From: an uncultured Acidimicrobiia bacterium
Lineage (GTDB): Bacteria > Actinomycetota > Acidimicrobiia > Acidimicrobiales > Ilumatobacteraceae
Assembly (NCBI GenBank): GCA_963749315.1
Contig: CAVVMS010000007.1
Location: forward strand, 18,153 to 82,152
Direction: 5' to 3'
DNA: 64,000 nucleotides
In this document: piece after piece, positions 1 through 9,694 of the stretch
Numbering within the stretch: the stretch's first letter is position 1
How the letters are laid out: the number at the start of each line of letters is the position of its first letter
Translations under genes and position numbers: made by a program
The notes under the pieces: model-generated
The model's input: the letters and a program-made list of their open reading frames with translations, nothing else
What the model was told of the DNA's origin: nothing
Database searches by the model: none

Positions 1-350
1 GCATGGTGCTTGCTGAGGCTGATCGCGCGACTCGCCGCATCGGGCATGACGAACGTGACGCCGGGGCAGGCGACTCGCTCGGCGGCGACGATGCTCGCCT
101 CGGAGACCGGGAACACGGCATCGAACGCGCCCGACGCCGCCTGCGTACCCAGCCACTCCTCGTACCGGGTCGACTCCTCCCACGGGTCCGGGGACTCGAT
201 GACGTCGCGAACCCATCGGCTGCTCCGGACAGCGCCCCGATGACGGTTCGACGGGACCGACACCACGGCGTCGAAGCCCCCGCGGCCGGCGGACCTGGCG
301 GTGGCCAGACCGGCAAGCTCATGCCCATCGGTGATCAGGACTCGGGTCAT
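1..350 (-). CDS. ATP-grasp-type ligase, N-terminal part only (gene runs off the left edge)
   Basis: Hand translation from ATG at 350: MTRVLITDGHELAGLATARSAGRGGFDAVVSVPS... This looks like a pre-ATP-grasp N-terminus. It starts 8 nt after the deacetylase stop. It is absent from the ORF track because no stop lies inside the window. Confidence 0.4.
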   Translation of the reverse strand, partial: MTRVLITDGHELAGLATARSAGRGGFDAVVSVPSNRHRGAVRSSRWVRDVIESPDPWEESTRYEEWLGTQAASGAFDAVFPVSEASIVAAERVACPGVTFVMPDAASRAISLSKHH

Positions 351-357
351 CGCTCGG

Positions 358-1404
358 TCACGGTGTCGTCGCCGGGTAGCCCGGCTTGAGCGCAGATCGG
401 GCGGTCCGCAGCCTGCTCGGGACGTGGTGCATCCGCCACACGAACGTGCCCAGCGAGTCTCCGCTCCCGATGCAGTAGCGGTTCAGCCGCAGCCGATCGG
501 ACCACGGCCAGTTCGGCCCGGACGACGTCGTCACGGCGTTGTCGATCCCCAGGGCACGCAGCCCGGAAACGGACGCCTCGTCGAAGTCGTCGGGGCCACC
601 GTTCGGGTAGGCGAACGACGTCGTGGCGCGCCCGCAGAGCTGGGCGGTCGCGGCGATGGAGCGCGTCACCTCCTGCTGAGCGTGCGCGGCAGGGACCCGC
701 GTGAGGATCCGGTGGTGCTCGGTGTGGCCACCGAAGCGGATCAGGTCGTCGGCCGCCATGTCCTCGATCTGGCGCGAGGTCAACATGCGGAAGTGGTCGA
801 CGGTGCGGAAGTCGGTCCGCTGGGTCTGCAACTGCTCGAGCAGATCACGGAGGAGATCGTCGAACTCGTCGATCCCGAAGAGCTTCAGGGCGCGTTGCAG
901 ATGCGCTGACGCCGACTGCCTCGCTGCATCGTTCGTCAGCGGATGGACAGCATCACCCAATGCGACCGAGGGGGCGCGCGTGTGGGTGATGGCGTGGTGG
1001 AGTGTCGCGAACCAGACGGTCTCCTCCGAGTCGATCAGGCTGGTGACCAGGTACACGGTCGCCGGGAGGCCGAACTGGCGCAGGATCGGCCAGGCGAGGT
1101 CGTGGACGCTGGCAAAGCCGTCGTCGAACGTGAGACATGCGACGGGTCTGGCCGGCCGGGTGGCGGCGACGCGCGCTGCGTCCTCGAGGTGGACGACCGT
1201 GAAGTTGTCGGCGAGGTATGCCATCTGGGACCGGAACGACGGTTCGTCGAGGATGCACGGCTCGGGAACGGAGAGCGGGGCGGCCGCGAGCCCGTGGTAC
1301 ATGGCGATCGAGATCGCCTCCTGGAAGCTCCGCGCCGCCACCTTGCGTCCCAGGCCGCTCACCCGGGACGCGTCGAGGACAAGGTCTCTCGCCAGCCTCT
1401 TCAT
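358..1404 (-). CDS. Polysaccharide deacetylase (NodB homology domain)
   Basis: C-terminal 348 aa of ORF 358..1926, starting at MKRLARDL (ATG at 1404). Carries the CLTFDDGFASVHD...PATVYLVT and GGHTEHH motifs. The upstream part of the ORF is low-complexity read-through. Confidence 0.8.
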   Translation of the reverse strand: MKRLARDLVLDASRVSGLGRKVAARSFQEAISIAMYHGLAAAPLSVPEPCILDEPSFRSQMAYLADNFTVVHLEDAARVAATRPARPVACLTFDDGFASVHDLAWPILRQFGLPATVYLVTSLIDSEETVWFATLHHAITHTRAPSVALGDAVHPLTNDAARQSASAHLQRALKLFGIDEFDDLLRDLLEQLQTQRTDFRTVDHFRMLTSRQIEDMAADDLIRFGGHTEHHRILTRVPAAHAQQEVTRSIAATAQLCGRATTSFAYPNGGPDDFDEASVSGLRALGIDNAVTTSSGPNWPWSDRLRLNRYCIGSGDSLGTFVWRMHHVPSRLRTARSALKPGYPATTP

Positions 1405-1567
1405 GGCTGATCGACACCGCCCGCCGCCTCGATCAAGGCACTCGATGCTACCGCCGTCCTCGCCCGCTCGGCCGCGGCTCTCCCGGACCAGGGTCGTCGA
1501 CGGGTGTATGGCTGCCGCGCGACCGTATGCTGCATCCCGCGCTACGCACGGACTGAGAGGGGCGCAC

Positions 1568-2584
1568 ATGGCGGTCGGCCCGAACTCGGGCCCGCGTGTC
1601 GTCGCGTACGAGGATCGCGTCGACCAGCTCGTCGGGCTCAAGCTGTTGCTGCTCAGCCTGCGTCGACACGCGCCCGAGCTGCGCGTCGACGTGCACGTCC
1701 CCGGCGCGCCCGCATCGTTCGAGTCATGGGTTCGCCGCGTGCCGACGGCGGTGCTGCACCAGGATCCGATCGGCCGGTCCCGTGGATGGGACGTCAAGCC
1801 GAGCCTCCTCTCTCGAACGCTGGCGGAGCACGGCGGCACCGTCCTGTGGCTCGATTCCGACGTCCTGGTCAATGGCGACATCCGCGATCTGCTCGCGGCT
1901 GTGCCCGATGACGAGCTGGTCGTCACCGAGGAGCCGTTGGCAATGCCCTACCAGGGTGGACGGACACGATCGACGGCCTGGGGGCTGCCGTCGGCTCGGG
2001 CGTTGCGCGCGACCACGAACACCGCGGTCGTGCGCGTGTCGACGGAACACACGAGCCTGCTGGATCGATGGCAGGAGCTGCTCGGTCGACCGGAGTATCG
2101 CGAAGCCCAATCGCAGCTGTGGAACGAGCGGCCGATCCACCTCATGGGCGATCAGGAGGTTCTCTGCGCGCTGTTGGAATCCGACGAGTTCGCCGATCTT
2201 GACGTGCACTTCCTCCGTCGCGGGAGGAACATCGCCCATTGCTTCCCCCAGCACGGCTACATGTTCCATCAGATGATCGCCAACCTGGCGACCGGCCGGC
2301 GGCCGGCATTCGTCCATTGCCACGGTGCGAAGCCGTGGCACGACAACGACGACCAACGACTGCATCTCGACGTCTCGCCGTACACGCTGCTGGCGCGCGA
2401 GTACGCCGATCAGCTCGACGAGCCGACGAGCTGGATGACGCCGTCGTCACGCGGCGGGCGCCGGATGGTGCGGCTCTCACGCGCCAACCCCTGGACCGCC
2501 TCGCTCCCGCTTGCCGCCTACAAGGAGGTGCGCGACCTTCGCCTGGCGCGCACCGGGGTCAAGCGTGTGATCGGGCGGGCCTAG
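1568..2584 (+). CDS. GT8-like nucleotide-diphospho-sugar glycosyltransferase
   Basis: In-frame part of ORF 701..2584 from MAVGPNSG (ATG 1568). Has a DxD-type motif, LWLDSDVLVNGDIRDLL. The 5' part of the ORF is the antisense shadow of the deacetylase gene. Confidence 0.55.
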   Translation: MAVGPNSGPRVVAYEDRVDQLVGLKLLLLSLRRHAPELRVDVHVPGAPASFESWVRRVPTAVLHQDPIGRSRGWDVKPSLLSRTLAEHGGTVLWLDSDVLVNGDIRDLLAAVPDDELVVTEEPLAMPYQGGRTRSTAWGLPSARALRATTNTAVVRVSTEHTSLLDRWQELLGRPEYREAQSQLWNERPIHLMGDQEVLCALLESDEFADLDVHFLRRGRNIAHCFPQHGYMFHQMIANLATGRRPAFVHCHGAKPWHDNDDQRLHLDVSPYTLLAREYADQLDEPTSWMTPSSRGGRRMVRLSRANPWTASLPLAAYKEVRDLRLARTGVKRVIGRA

Positions 2585-2588
2585 AGGA

Positions 2589-3644
2589 TCAGATCCCGCG
2601 GAGATCCGTGCGGAAGGTCCGCGCCCGCCGACGGACGAGGCGGCTCGCTCTGGCGACCAGGAAGGGCGGGAAGACGCGGGAGAGCCGCCGCCCGAGCACC
2701 GGACGAAGGCGGAGTCCCCAGTACGCCAATCTCCGGGTGACGTGCGGATCCGCCTGTCGGGCCAGTTCGATGTAGGGGGCCGGGTCGAATTCTTCGTCTG
2801 GTGTGCCGTGTTGGTAGGCCTTGCTGCCCTCCCAGAGCGTCAGCTTGGCCACCGCCACCTGCGCCATGCGCTCCTCGTGTTCCCAGGCGCGAGGGTCGGT
2901 CGCGCTGGCGAACGCATCGGTGAACGTCAGCTGCAGCTGTCGGAGTTGCTCCAAGCGCGCGGCGAACATCGTTCGCGACATGTTCTGCCCGTGGATGCGG
3001 TAGAAGGCCTGCACGCCCCCGCGGACGTGGGCGACATCGCTGATCATCGCCGCCCGCAGCCACATGTGCATGTCACCTGCGTGGCCCAGTCGGGCGTCGT
3101 AGTGGCCGATCGTCTTCTGCACCGACGTCCTCAGCACCACTTCTGGTGATCGGGTGAGGTTCTCGCCGATGCGACAGAACTGGCGGATCCAGCGCCGACC
3201 AGGGGCGATCGTCGTGGTCACTGTCGCCGGCTGCTGCTCGCCGATGTCGGCCTCGGTGGCGAAGGGCGCGACAGGGCCGTAGACCAGGCCGACGTTCGGG
3301 TGCTCGTCGAACACTGCCCGCGCTCGCTCGAGCGAACCCTCAGCGAGCAGGTCGTCGGACGAGATGAGGATGAAGTAGTCACCGGTTGCCCAGTCGATCC
3401 CCTCGTTATAGGTGGCGACGTGACCCTGGTTGACCTCGTGGCACACGACCGACACGTTGGCGTACTGCCGGCCGAGGTCGACGGCGACGGCGGCGGAGCC
3501 GTCGGTCGAACAGTCGTCGATGATGAGCACCTCGACGTCGACGCCCGGCTGCTCGACGATCGACCGGACGCACGACGGGAGGTAGTGGCCGTAGTTGTAA
3601 CAGGGGATGACCACGTTGAACGTCCCCTGATGTGCGGTCGTCAT
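2589..3644 (-). CDS. Family 2 glycosyltransferase
   Basis: ORF 2589..3644, intact. Contains FNVVIPCYNYGHYL...LIIDDCSTDGS...ISSDD. Confidence 0.85.
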   Translation of the reverse strand: MTTAHQGTFNVVIPCYNYGHYLPSCVRSIVEQPGVDVEVLIIDDCSTDGSAAVAVDLGRQYANVSVVCHEVNQGHVATYNEGIDWATGDYFILISSDDLLAEGSLERARAVFDEHPNVGLVYGPVAPFATEADIGEQQPATVTTTIAPGRRWIRQFCRIGENLTRSPEVVLRTSVQKTIGHYDARLGHAGDMHMWLRAAMISDVAHVRGGVQAFYRIHGQNMSRTMFAARLEQLRQLQLTFTDAFASATDPRAWEHEERMAQVAVAKLTLWEGSKAYQHGTPDEEFDPAPYIELARQADPHVTRRLAYWGLRLRPVLGRRLSRVFPPFLVARASRLVRRRARTFRTDLRGI

Positions 3645-3820
3645 GTTTGTCCGACGGTGAGCGCGACCATGTCCTCGATCGAGCGCACGAAGCGTTTCGA
3701 ACGCGCCCTCGCCCCCATCGGACGGAAGTTATCGCCACCTCGGTTCGATTCCGCCGTACGGCTGTAGCTTGATGCGGCGTGGCGGCGAGCGTAAGTGGAA
3801 CTTCGGGGTGGGCGGGCGTG

Positions 3821-4372
3821 ATGGTCCATCCGACGGCAGATGTCGCCCAGAGCGCGTCCATCGGCGCGGGGACCAAGGTGTGGTCGAACGTGCAGATCCG
3901 CGAGGGTGCGCAGATCGGTCGATCCTGCATCTTCGGCCGCAACAGCTTCGTCGACGTCGACGTCCGAGTCGGCGACTGCGTCAAGGTGCAGAACAACGCC
4001 TCGCTCTACGAGGGTGTTGAGATCGAGAACGGTGCCTTCATCGGGCCGCACGTGGTCTTCACCAACGACAAGGTGCCTCGAGCCGTCAACCCGAACGGCA
4101 CGTTGAAGTCCCACGACGACTGGCAGGTCGGCTCGACGACGGTGTGCGCGGGCGCAGCCATCGGCGCTGGCGCCGTGATCGTCACCGGCGTGCGCATCGG
4201 GGTCTGGGCCATGGTCGGGTCCGGTTCGGTCGTCACACGGGATGTCCCGGACCACGCCCTCGTTGCCGGGAACCCAGCCCGCGTGATCGGGTGGGTGAGT
4301 GCAGCAGGTGAGCGCTGCGAGGACGCGAACGATGCCGTGCAGCGCACGGTTCATGAGATGGAGCGCACGTGA
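3821..4372 (+). CDS. Left-handed beta-helix (hexapeptide) N-acetyltransferase, WbpD/WlbB-like
   Basis: ORF 3779..4372, with the likely start at MVHPTADV (ATG 3821). Has hexapeptide repeats and GNPARVIGWV. Its stop overlaps the next gene's start (GTGA). Confidence 0.8.
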   Translation: MVHPTADVAQSASIGAGTKVWSNVQIREGAQIGRSCIFGRNSFVDVDVRVGDCVKVQNNASLYEGVEIENGAFIGPHVVFTNDKVPRAVNPNGTLKSHDDWQVGSTTVCAGAAIGAGAVIVTGVRIGVWAMVGSGSVVTRDVPDHALVAGNPARVIGWVSAAGERCEDANDAVQRTVHEMERT

Positions 4373-5379
4373 TCGGGATCGCCGTCGTCGGGTACGGGTA
4401 CTGGGGCCCGAACCTGGTTCGCAACTTCGCCCAGATCGAAGATGCCAACGTCGTCGCCGTCTGCGACAGCAGTCCGGCGCGCCGTGCCGCCGTCGAGAAG
4501 ACCTACCCCGCGGCCTCCACCTACGCCGATCTCGCCTGCGTTGCTCGCTGACCCCGAGGTCGATGCCGTGGTCATCGCAACACCCGTCTCGACGCACTTC
4601 GACCTCGCCATGCAGGCGCTGCGCGCCGGCAAGCACGTCCTGGTCGAGAAGCCGTTCACGGCGACGGTCGCCGAGGGCGAGGAGCTGATCGAGGTTGCCG
4701 AGCGGTCAGGGCTCGTGCTCATGGTCGACCACACGTTCGTCTACACCAGCGCCGTCCGCAAGATCTCCGAGTTGGTCGAGGGTGGTGCGATCGGTCGGCT
4801 GCAGTACTACGACTCGGTGCGCGTGAACCTCGGCTTGTTCCAGCGCGACGTGAGTGTGCTCTGGGACCTCGCCGTTCACGATCTCTCGATCATGGACTAC
4901 ATCACCGGCCGCCTCCCGGTCCAGGTCGCGGCCACCGGGATGTCCCACCTTCCCGGCGAACCGGAGAACATCGCCTACCTCACCTGCTACTTCGCGGACG
5001 ACATGCTCGCCCACTTCCACGTCAACTGGCTCGCACCGGTCAAGGTCAGGCAAACGATGATCTGCGGGTCCGAGAAGATGATCCTCTACAACGACAACGA
5101 CGCGAGCGAGAAGATCCGTGTGTACGACAAGGGTCTGATCTTCTCCGAGGACAGTGACGCGCTGTACCAACGCCACGTCGGCTACCGGACCGGTGACATG
5201 TGGGCGCCTCGTCTCGACGACGGTCGGAGGCGTTGCAGGTCGAGGCGAACCACTTCGTCGAATGCATCCGCGCCGGCAGTGTGCCGATCACTGATGGCCA
5301 TGCCGGCTTGCGCATCGTGCGCGTGCTCGAAGCGGCGACCAAGTCGCTGGCCGCACGCGGCTTGCCGATCGACGTGTGA
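4369..5379 (+). CDS. Gfo/Idh/MocA-family sugar-nucleotide oxidoreductase, WbpB-like; two frame changes as assembled
   Basis: The N-terminus MIGIAVVGYGYWGPNLVRNF is in frame 1 (ORF 4369..4551). The core, EVDAVVIATPVSTHF...EKPF...VDHTFVY, is in frame 2 (ORF 4442..). The C-terminus, ...EANHFVECIRAGSVPITDGHAGLRIVRVLEAA...PIDV*, is back in frame 1 and ends at 5379 (hand translation). Confidence 0.8.
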
Positions 5380-5578
5380 TCGGCCATGCCGCGGTGCCCG
5401 GCGATCCTGTCGCGACATCACGAAAGGACCTGTCCGTGCTCGAAACCCTGGTTCTGCAGATGCGACGACCCGTGTTCTTGCTCGAGGACCGGCGACGAGT
5501 GGCCTGCGCTCGGTCCCTTGTGCTAGACCACCAACCCGGAAGGGCCTTGGCAAGCTTCCGAGCCCGACGAAAGGGAGC

Positions 5579-6277
5579 ATGAGAATCAGGAAGATCAATC
5601 GACCGTTGGTACTCGCGGGTGCGGGCGGATTCGCTCGCGAGACTGCAGCGTTGGTGGACGCCATCAACGCTGAGCGGCCGACCTGGGACCTTCTGGGTTT
5701 CCTCGACGATGATCCGGCATTGCACGGCTCGCGCATCCGAGGGCGGCCGGTCCTCGGGCCGATCGACTGGGCTGCCGAACGCAGCGATGTCGCCATGGTG
5801 GTCTGCGTTGGCAACCCGGACAACTTCACGAGCCGGATGCGCATCGTCAATCGACTCGGGCTCGACGAGGCCCGATACGCGACGCTCATCCATCCCGGGG
5901 CGGCGCTGCCACCGTCGACCTTCATCGGTGCGGGAACTGTCATCGGCGCGACGACCGTGACGACCTGCGACGTGGCGATTGGGGCGCACGTTGCCGTGAT
6001 GCCCGGCGTCATCCTGACCCACGACGACATGTTGTCCGACTACGTGACGATCGCATCCGGCGTTCGGCTCGCTGGAGGGGTCACGGTCGAACCGGGCGCG
6101 TACATCGGTGCCGGTGCCCTTGTGCGTGAACAGCTCACGATCGGACAGTGGTCGCTCGTCGCGATGGGAGCCGTCGTCACGAAGTCGGTGCCTGCCGGTC
6201 AGGTCTGGGTCGGCGCGCCTGCTCGTTACCTCCGCGACGTCAGGTTGCCGGACGGTGTGCTGACAGAAGCTCGCTGA
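5579..6277 (+). CDS. PglD/NeuD-family sugar N/O-acetyltransferase
   Basis: Tail of ORF 4442..6277 from MRIRKINRPLVLAGAGGFARE (ATG 5579, preceded by AAAGGGAG). Has an N-terminal Rossmann-like part followed by hexapeptide repeats. Confidence 0.8.
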   Translation: MRIRKINRPLVLAGAGGFARETAALVDAINAERPTWDLLGFLDDDPALHGSRIRGRPVLGPIDWAAERSDVAMVVCVGNPDNFTSRMRIVNRLGLDEARYATLIHPGAALPPSTFIGAGTVIGATTVTTCDVAIGAHVAVMPGVILTHDDMLSDYVTIASGVRLAGGVTVEPGAYIGAGALVREQLTIGQWSLVAMGAVVTKSVPAGQVWVGAPARYLRDVRLPDGVLTEAR

Positions 6278-6280
6278 GGC

Positions 6281-7464
6281 TCAGCTGGCGACGGACGCCG
6301 CGAGCGCGCGATCGACGGACTCGATCAGCTCCTCGGCGACACGATCCACGTCGCCGGCCGACATCTGGACGTAGAGCGGCAGGACGACGGTGTGGTCCTG
6401 GCACCACTCGGAGTGCGGGAGCACGCCCGGGAGGTGCCGGTACGGCTGCTCGCGGTGGGCGCACATGATCCCCCGCCGCGTGGCGATGCCTCGGTCGAGC
6501 ATGTGCTGCATGACCGCCCGCTGATCGCACGCCTCGGGAGATCGAGACGGAGAAGCTCTGCCAGTTGCTGCGCCGATCGGCTGGCTCGAGCGGTAGGCCG
6601 ATCGTCGTCGACATCGGCCGAGTCGCTCGCCGATAGCGCGTCGGCGATCCGCCGCCGGCCGGCGACGATCTCCGGGAGCCGCGCGAGCTGCACGCGACCG
6701 ACGGCCGCCTGGATGTCGGTCATCCGGTAGTTGAAGCCGAGGACGCCGTGCTCCTCGAAGATCGACCGTCGTCGGCGCCGTGGCGGACGCGGTCGTTGAC
6801 GCTCATCCCGTGCTGGCGCAGCAGCCGGAACGTCGCCGTCGAGCTCGGCGTCGTCGGTCGTCAGCATGCCGCCGTCGCCGGTGCTGATCACCTTGCGCGG
6901 GTGGAAGGAGAAGCACGCGACACGCCGTGCGGTCGGCCGATCCGCTCCCACGCGCCGTCCACGGCGATCTCGCTGCCGATGGCGCAGGCGGCGTCCTCGA
7001 CGACCGGGAGGCCGTGCGCGTCGGCGACGGCGGAGATGGCCGGCGATGTCGCACGGCATGCCGATCTGGTGGACGGCGAGGATCGCCTCGCGTCCGCGGC
7101 GTGATCGGCGCCTTCGATCAGCGGCGGGTCGATGTTGTGAGTCGTGCCGATCGACGTCGACGAACACCGGCGTGGCGCCGCAGTAGACGATGGCGTTGGC
7201 GGTGGCGATGTACGAGTGGCTGACGGTGATCACCTCGTCGCCGGGCCCGACGCCGACGCCGAGCAGGGCGAGGTGCAGCGCCGTCGTGCAGTTCGACACG
7301 GCGACGGCGTGCGCGGCGCCGGTGAACGCGGCGAACTCCTCCTCGAAGGCGGCGACCTCCGGGCCCTGCGTGACCCAGCCGGACAGGATCACACGCTGGC
7401 GCGGCGTCGGCCTCCTCGCTCGCCCATCACCGGGCGGCGAGCGGGATCGGCGATCGAGCGTCAC
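6281..7464 (-). CDS. DegT/DnrJ/EryC1-family PLP aminotransferase; multiple frame changes as assembled
   Basis: Pieces: ILSGWVTQGPEVAAFEEEFAAFTGAAHAVAVSNCTTALHLAL..., FSFHPRKVISTGDGGMLTT and GFNYRMTDIQAAVG (frame of ORF 6325..8451). The C-terminus is in ORF 6281..6511. The GTG at 7464 overlaps the upstream stop. Confidence 0.75.
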
Positions 7465-8451
7465 GACGATGCCGCCGTCGGCTCGCCGTCGCGCCACCAC
7501 TCGACCAGCGACGCGCAGCCCGCTGTCGAGGTCGATCTCGGGCTTCGAAGCCGAGCACCTCGCGGCGCCGTGGATGTCGGCGAGGCGACGGGGCACGGGG
7601 TTGACCGAGCGTTCGGGCCGGTACTCCGGCGCGAGGTCGGCACCCATCACCTCGCACGAGCGCGCGGGCGAGGTCGTCGAGGCTCGTCTCGGTGCCGCTG
7701 GCGATGTTGAAGACCTCGTCGGTGACGTCGGCGTGCGCCGCGAGCGATGTTGGCCCGGGCGATGTCGGCGACGTAGACGAAGTCCATCGTCTGCTTCCCG
7801 TCGCCGAAGATCAGCGGCGGCTCGCCGGCGGCGATGCGCTCCATCCAGCGGATCAGCACCTCGGTGTACTTGCCGTGGACGTCCATCCGCGGGCCGTAGA
7901 CGTTGAAGTAGCGCAGGGCGACGTAGGCGAGCCCGTACATGTCGTTGAACGACCGCAGCAGGCCCTCGTTGAACACCTTGATCGCGCCGTACAGCGTGCG
8001 GTTGTTGTACGGGTGGTGGCGCTCGTCGGTCGGGAACTCCTCGGCCAGCCCGTAGACCGATGCGGTCGACGAGGCGACGAGCTTGCGCACGCCGGCACGG
8101 TGCGCCGCCTCGACGACGTTGAACGTGCCGTTGCCGAGGACGTCGACAGCCAGCCGCGGATCCTCGGCGCAGTGCGTGATCCGGATGGCGGCCAGGTGGA
8201 AGACGCAGGTCGGCGCCGTCCATCACGTCGGCGACCAGCTGCACGGTCGCGGATGTCGCCCTCGACGAGCGTGACCCGCCCGCGCTGCGAGTGCGTCGGC
8301 GAGGTTCGCCATCCGGCCGCGGGTGAGGTTGTCGAAGACGACGATCTCGCCGCACCGACGCCGCGTCCTGGCCGTCGACGAGCAGGTCGACGATGTGCGA
8401 GCCGATCAGGCCGGCGCCGCCGGTGACAACGACCTTGTCGAGCTCACGCAT
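7461..8451 (-). CDS. NAD-dependent sugar-nucleotide epimerase/dehydratase (extended SDR); several frame changes
   Basis: N-terminus MRELDKVVVTGGAGLIGSH (8451). The middle is in ORF 7647..8090 (VASSTASVYG...YGAIK = YxxxK). The C-terminus is in ORF 7461..7643. Hand translation restores GEIVVFDNLTRGRMANL...FHLAAIRITH. Confidence 0.8.
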
Positions 8452-8469
8452 CGCTGACCTCCGGCGTTC

Positions 8470-9585
8470 TCATGCGCCCACGTCGTTCACGAGTGTCGGC
8501 CACCCGCTCGACGTGGTCGCTCGGGCATCTCCGGGTACATCGGCAGCGAGAGCACCTCGTCGGCAGCGCGCCTCGGCGTGCGGGAAGTCGCCCTGCGTGT
8601 GGCCGAGCTCGGCGAACGCCTGCTGCAGGTGGACCGGGATCGGGTAGTGGATGCCGGTGCCGACTCCGTGGTCGTCGAGGTAGCTCTGCAGCGCTTCGCG
8701 CGTCGGTCGTGCCGGACCGCGTACACGTGGTACACGTGGCGCCGATCGTCCGGTCGCGCGGGCAGCGTCAGACCGCTGCCGGCCGAGCAGGTCGTCGTAG
8801 CGGTGCGGCGCGGGCACGGCGGGCCTCGGTCCAGCGCTCGATGTGGGCCATCTTCACGCCGAGGACGGCGCCCTGCACGCCCTCCATCCGGTAGTTGAAG
8901 CCCTTGAGGTCGTGGTGGTACCTGCGCTCGGCGCCCCAGTCGCGCAGCATCGCGCACGGTGTGGCGCCAGGGCGTCGTCGTCGGTGACGACCGCCCCGCC
9001 CTCGCCGTAGGCGCCGAGGTTCTTGCCCGGGATAGAAGCTGAAGCAGCCGATCGTCGCCGATGCTGCCGACACGCCGGCCCTGGTACTCGGCGCCGTGCG
9101 CCTGCGCGGCGTCCTCGATCACGGTGAGCCCGTGGCGCTCGGCGATCTCCATGATCGGGTCCATGTCGGCCGGCAGGCCGTAGAGGTGGACCGGCAGGAT
9201 CGCCTTGTGTCCGTGGCGTGATCGCGGCTTCGATGCGGGCCGGGTCGATCGTTCAGCGTGACCGGGTCGATGTCGACGAACACCGGGTCGCGCGCCGCAG
9301 TAGTCGATCGCCGACACGGTGGCGATGAACGTCAGCGGCGTGGTGATGACCTCGTCGCCGCGGTCCGACGCCGGCGGCGAGCATCGCCAGGTGAAGCGCG
9401 CTGGTGCCGGAGTTGACACCGATCGCGTGGCGTGCTCCGCAGTGCGTCGCGAACAGCTGCCTCGAACGCCGCGACGGCTGGGCCGAGCACGAACTGTGCG
9501 CTCGGCGAAGACGTCGAGCACCGCCGCGTCGATCTCGGCCTTGATCGACTGGTACTGCGCGCTTCAGGTCGACGAACGGGATCAT
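8470..9585 (-). CDS. Second DegT/DnrJ-family PLP aminotransferase; many frame changes
   Basis: Starts [22 protein letters not shown] (ATG 9585, hand translation). Pieces lie in ORFs 9253..9702, 8487..9521 ([33 protein letters not shown]), 8768..9073 (CFSFYPG..., [14 protein letters not shown]) and 8470..8817 (the C-terminus). Confidence 0.75.
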
Positions 9586-9694
9586 CACCGGCGCGTCCTC
9601 GCGCCCGTGCATCGCGCCCTCTGGGCCATCTGCTGCCACGTCATCCTCCGCCGCTTCCCGCTCGATCTGTGACCGTGAGAGGCTAGCGGCGAAG

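Noticed and set aside
6325-8451. Very long ORFs in the track: 6325..8451 (708 aa), 47831..50875 (1014 aa), 35403..37457 (684 aa), 58924..61872 (982 aa), 23854..25695 (613 aa), 41735..43243 (502 aa), 32123..34636 (837 aa) and others
   Set aside because: In 70% GC DNA, stop-poor wrong frames and antisense frames stay open. These ORFs are Arg/Pro/Ala-rich low-complexity sequence, except for short stretches where they coincide with the true frame of frame-shifted genes. Only those in-frame stretches were used.
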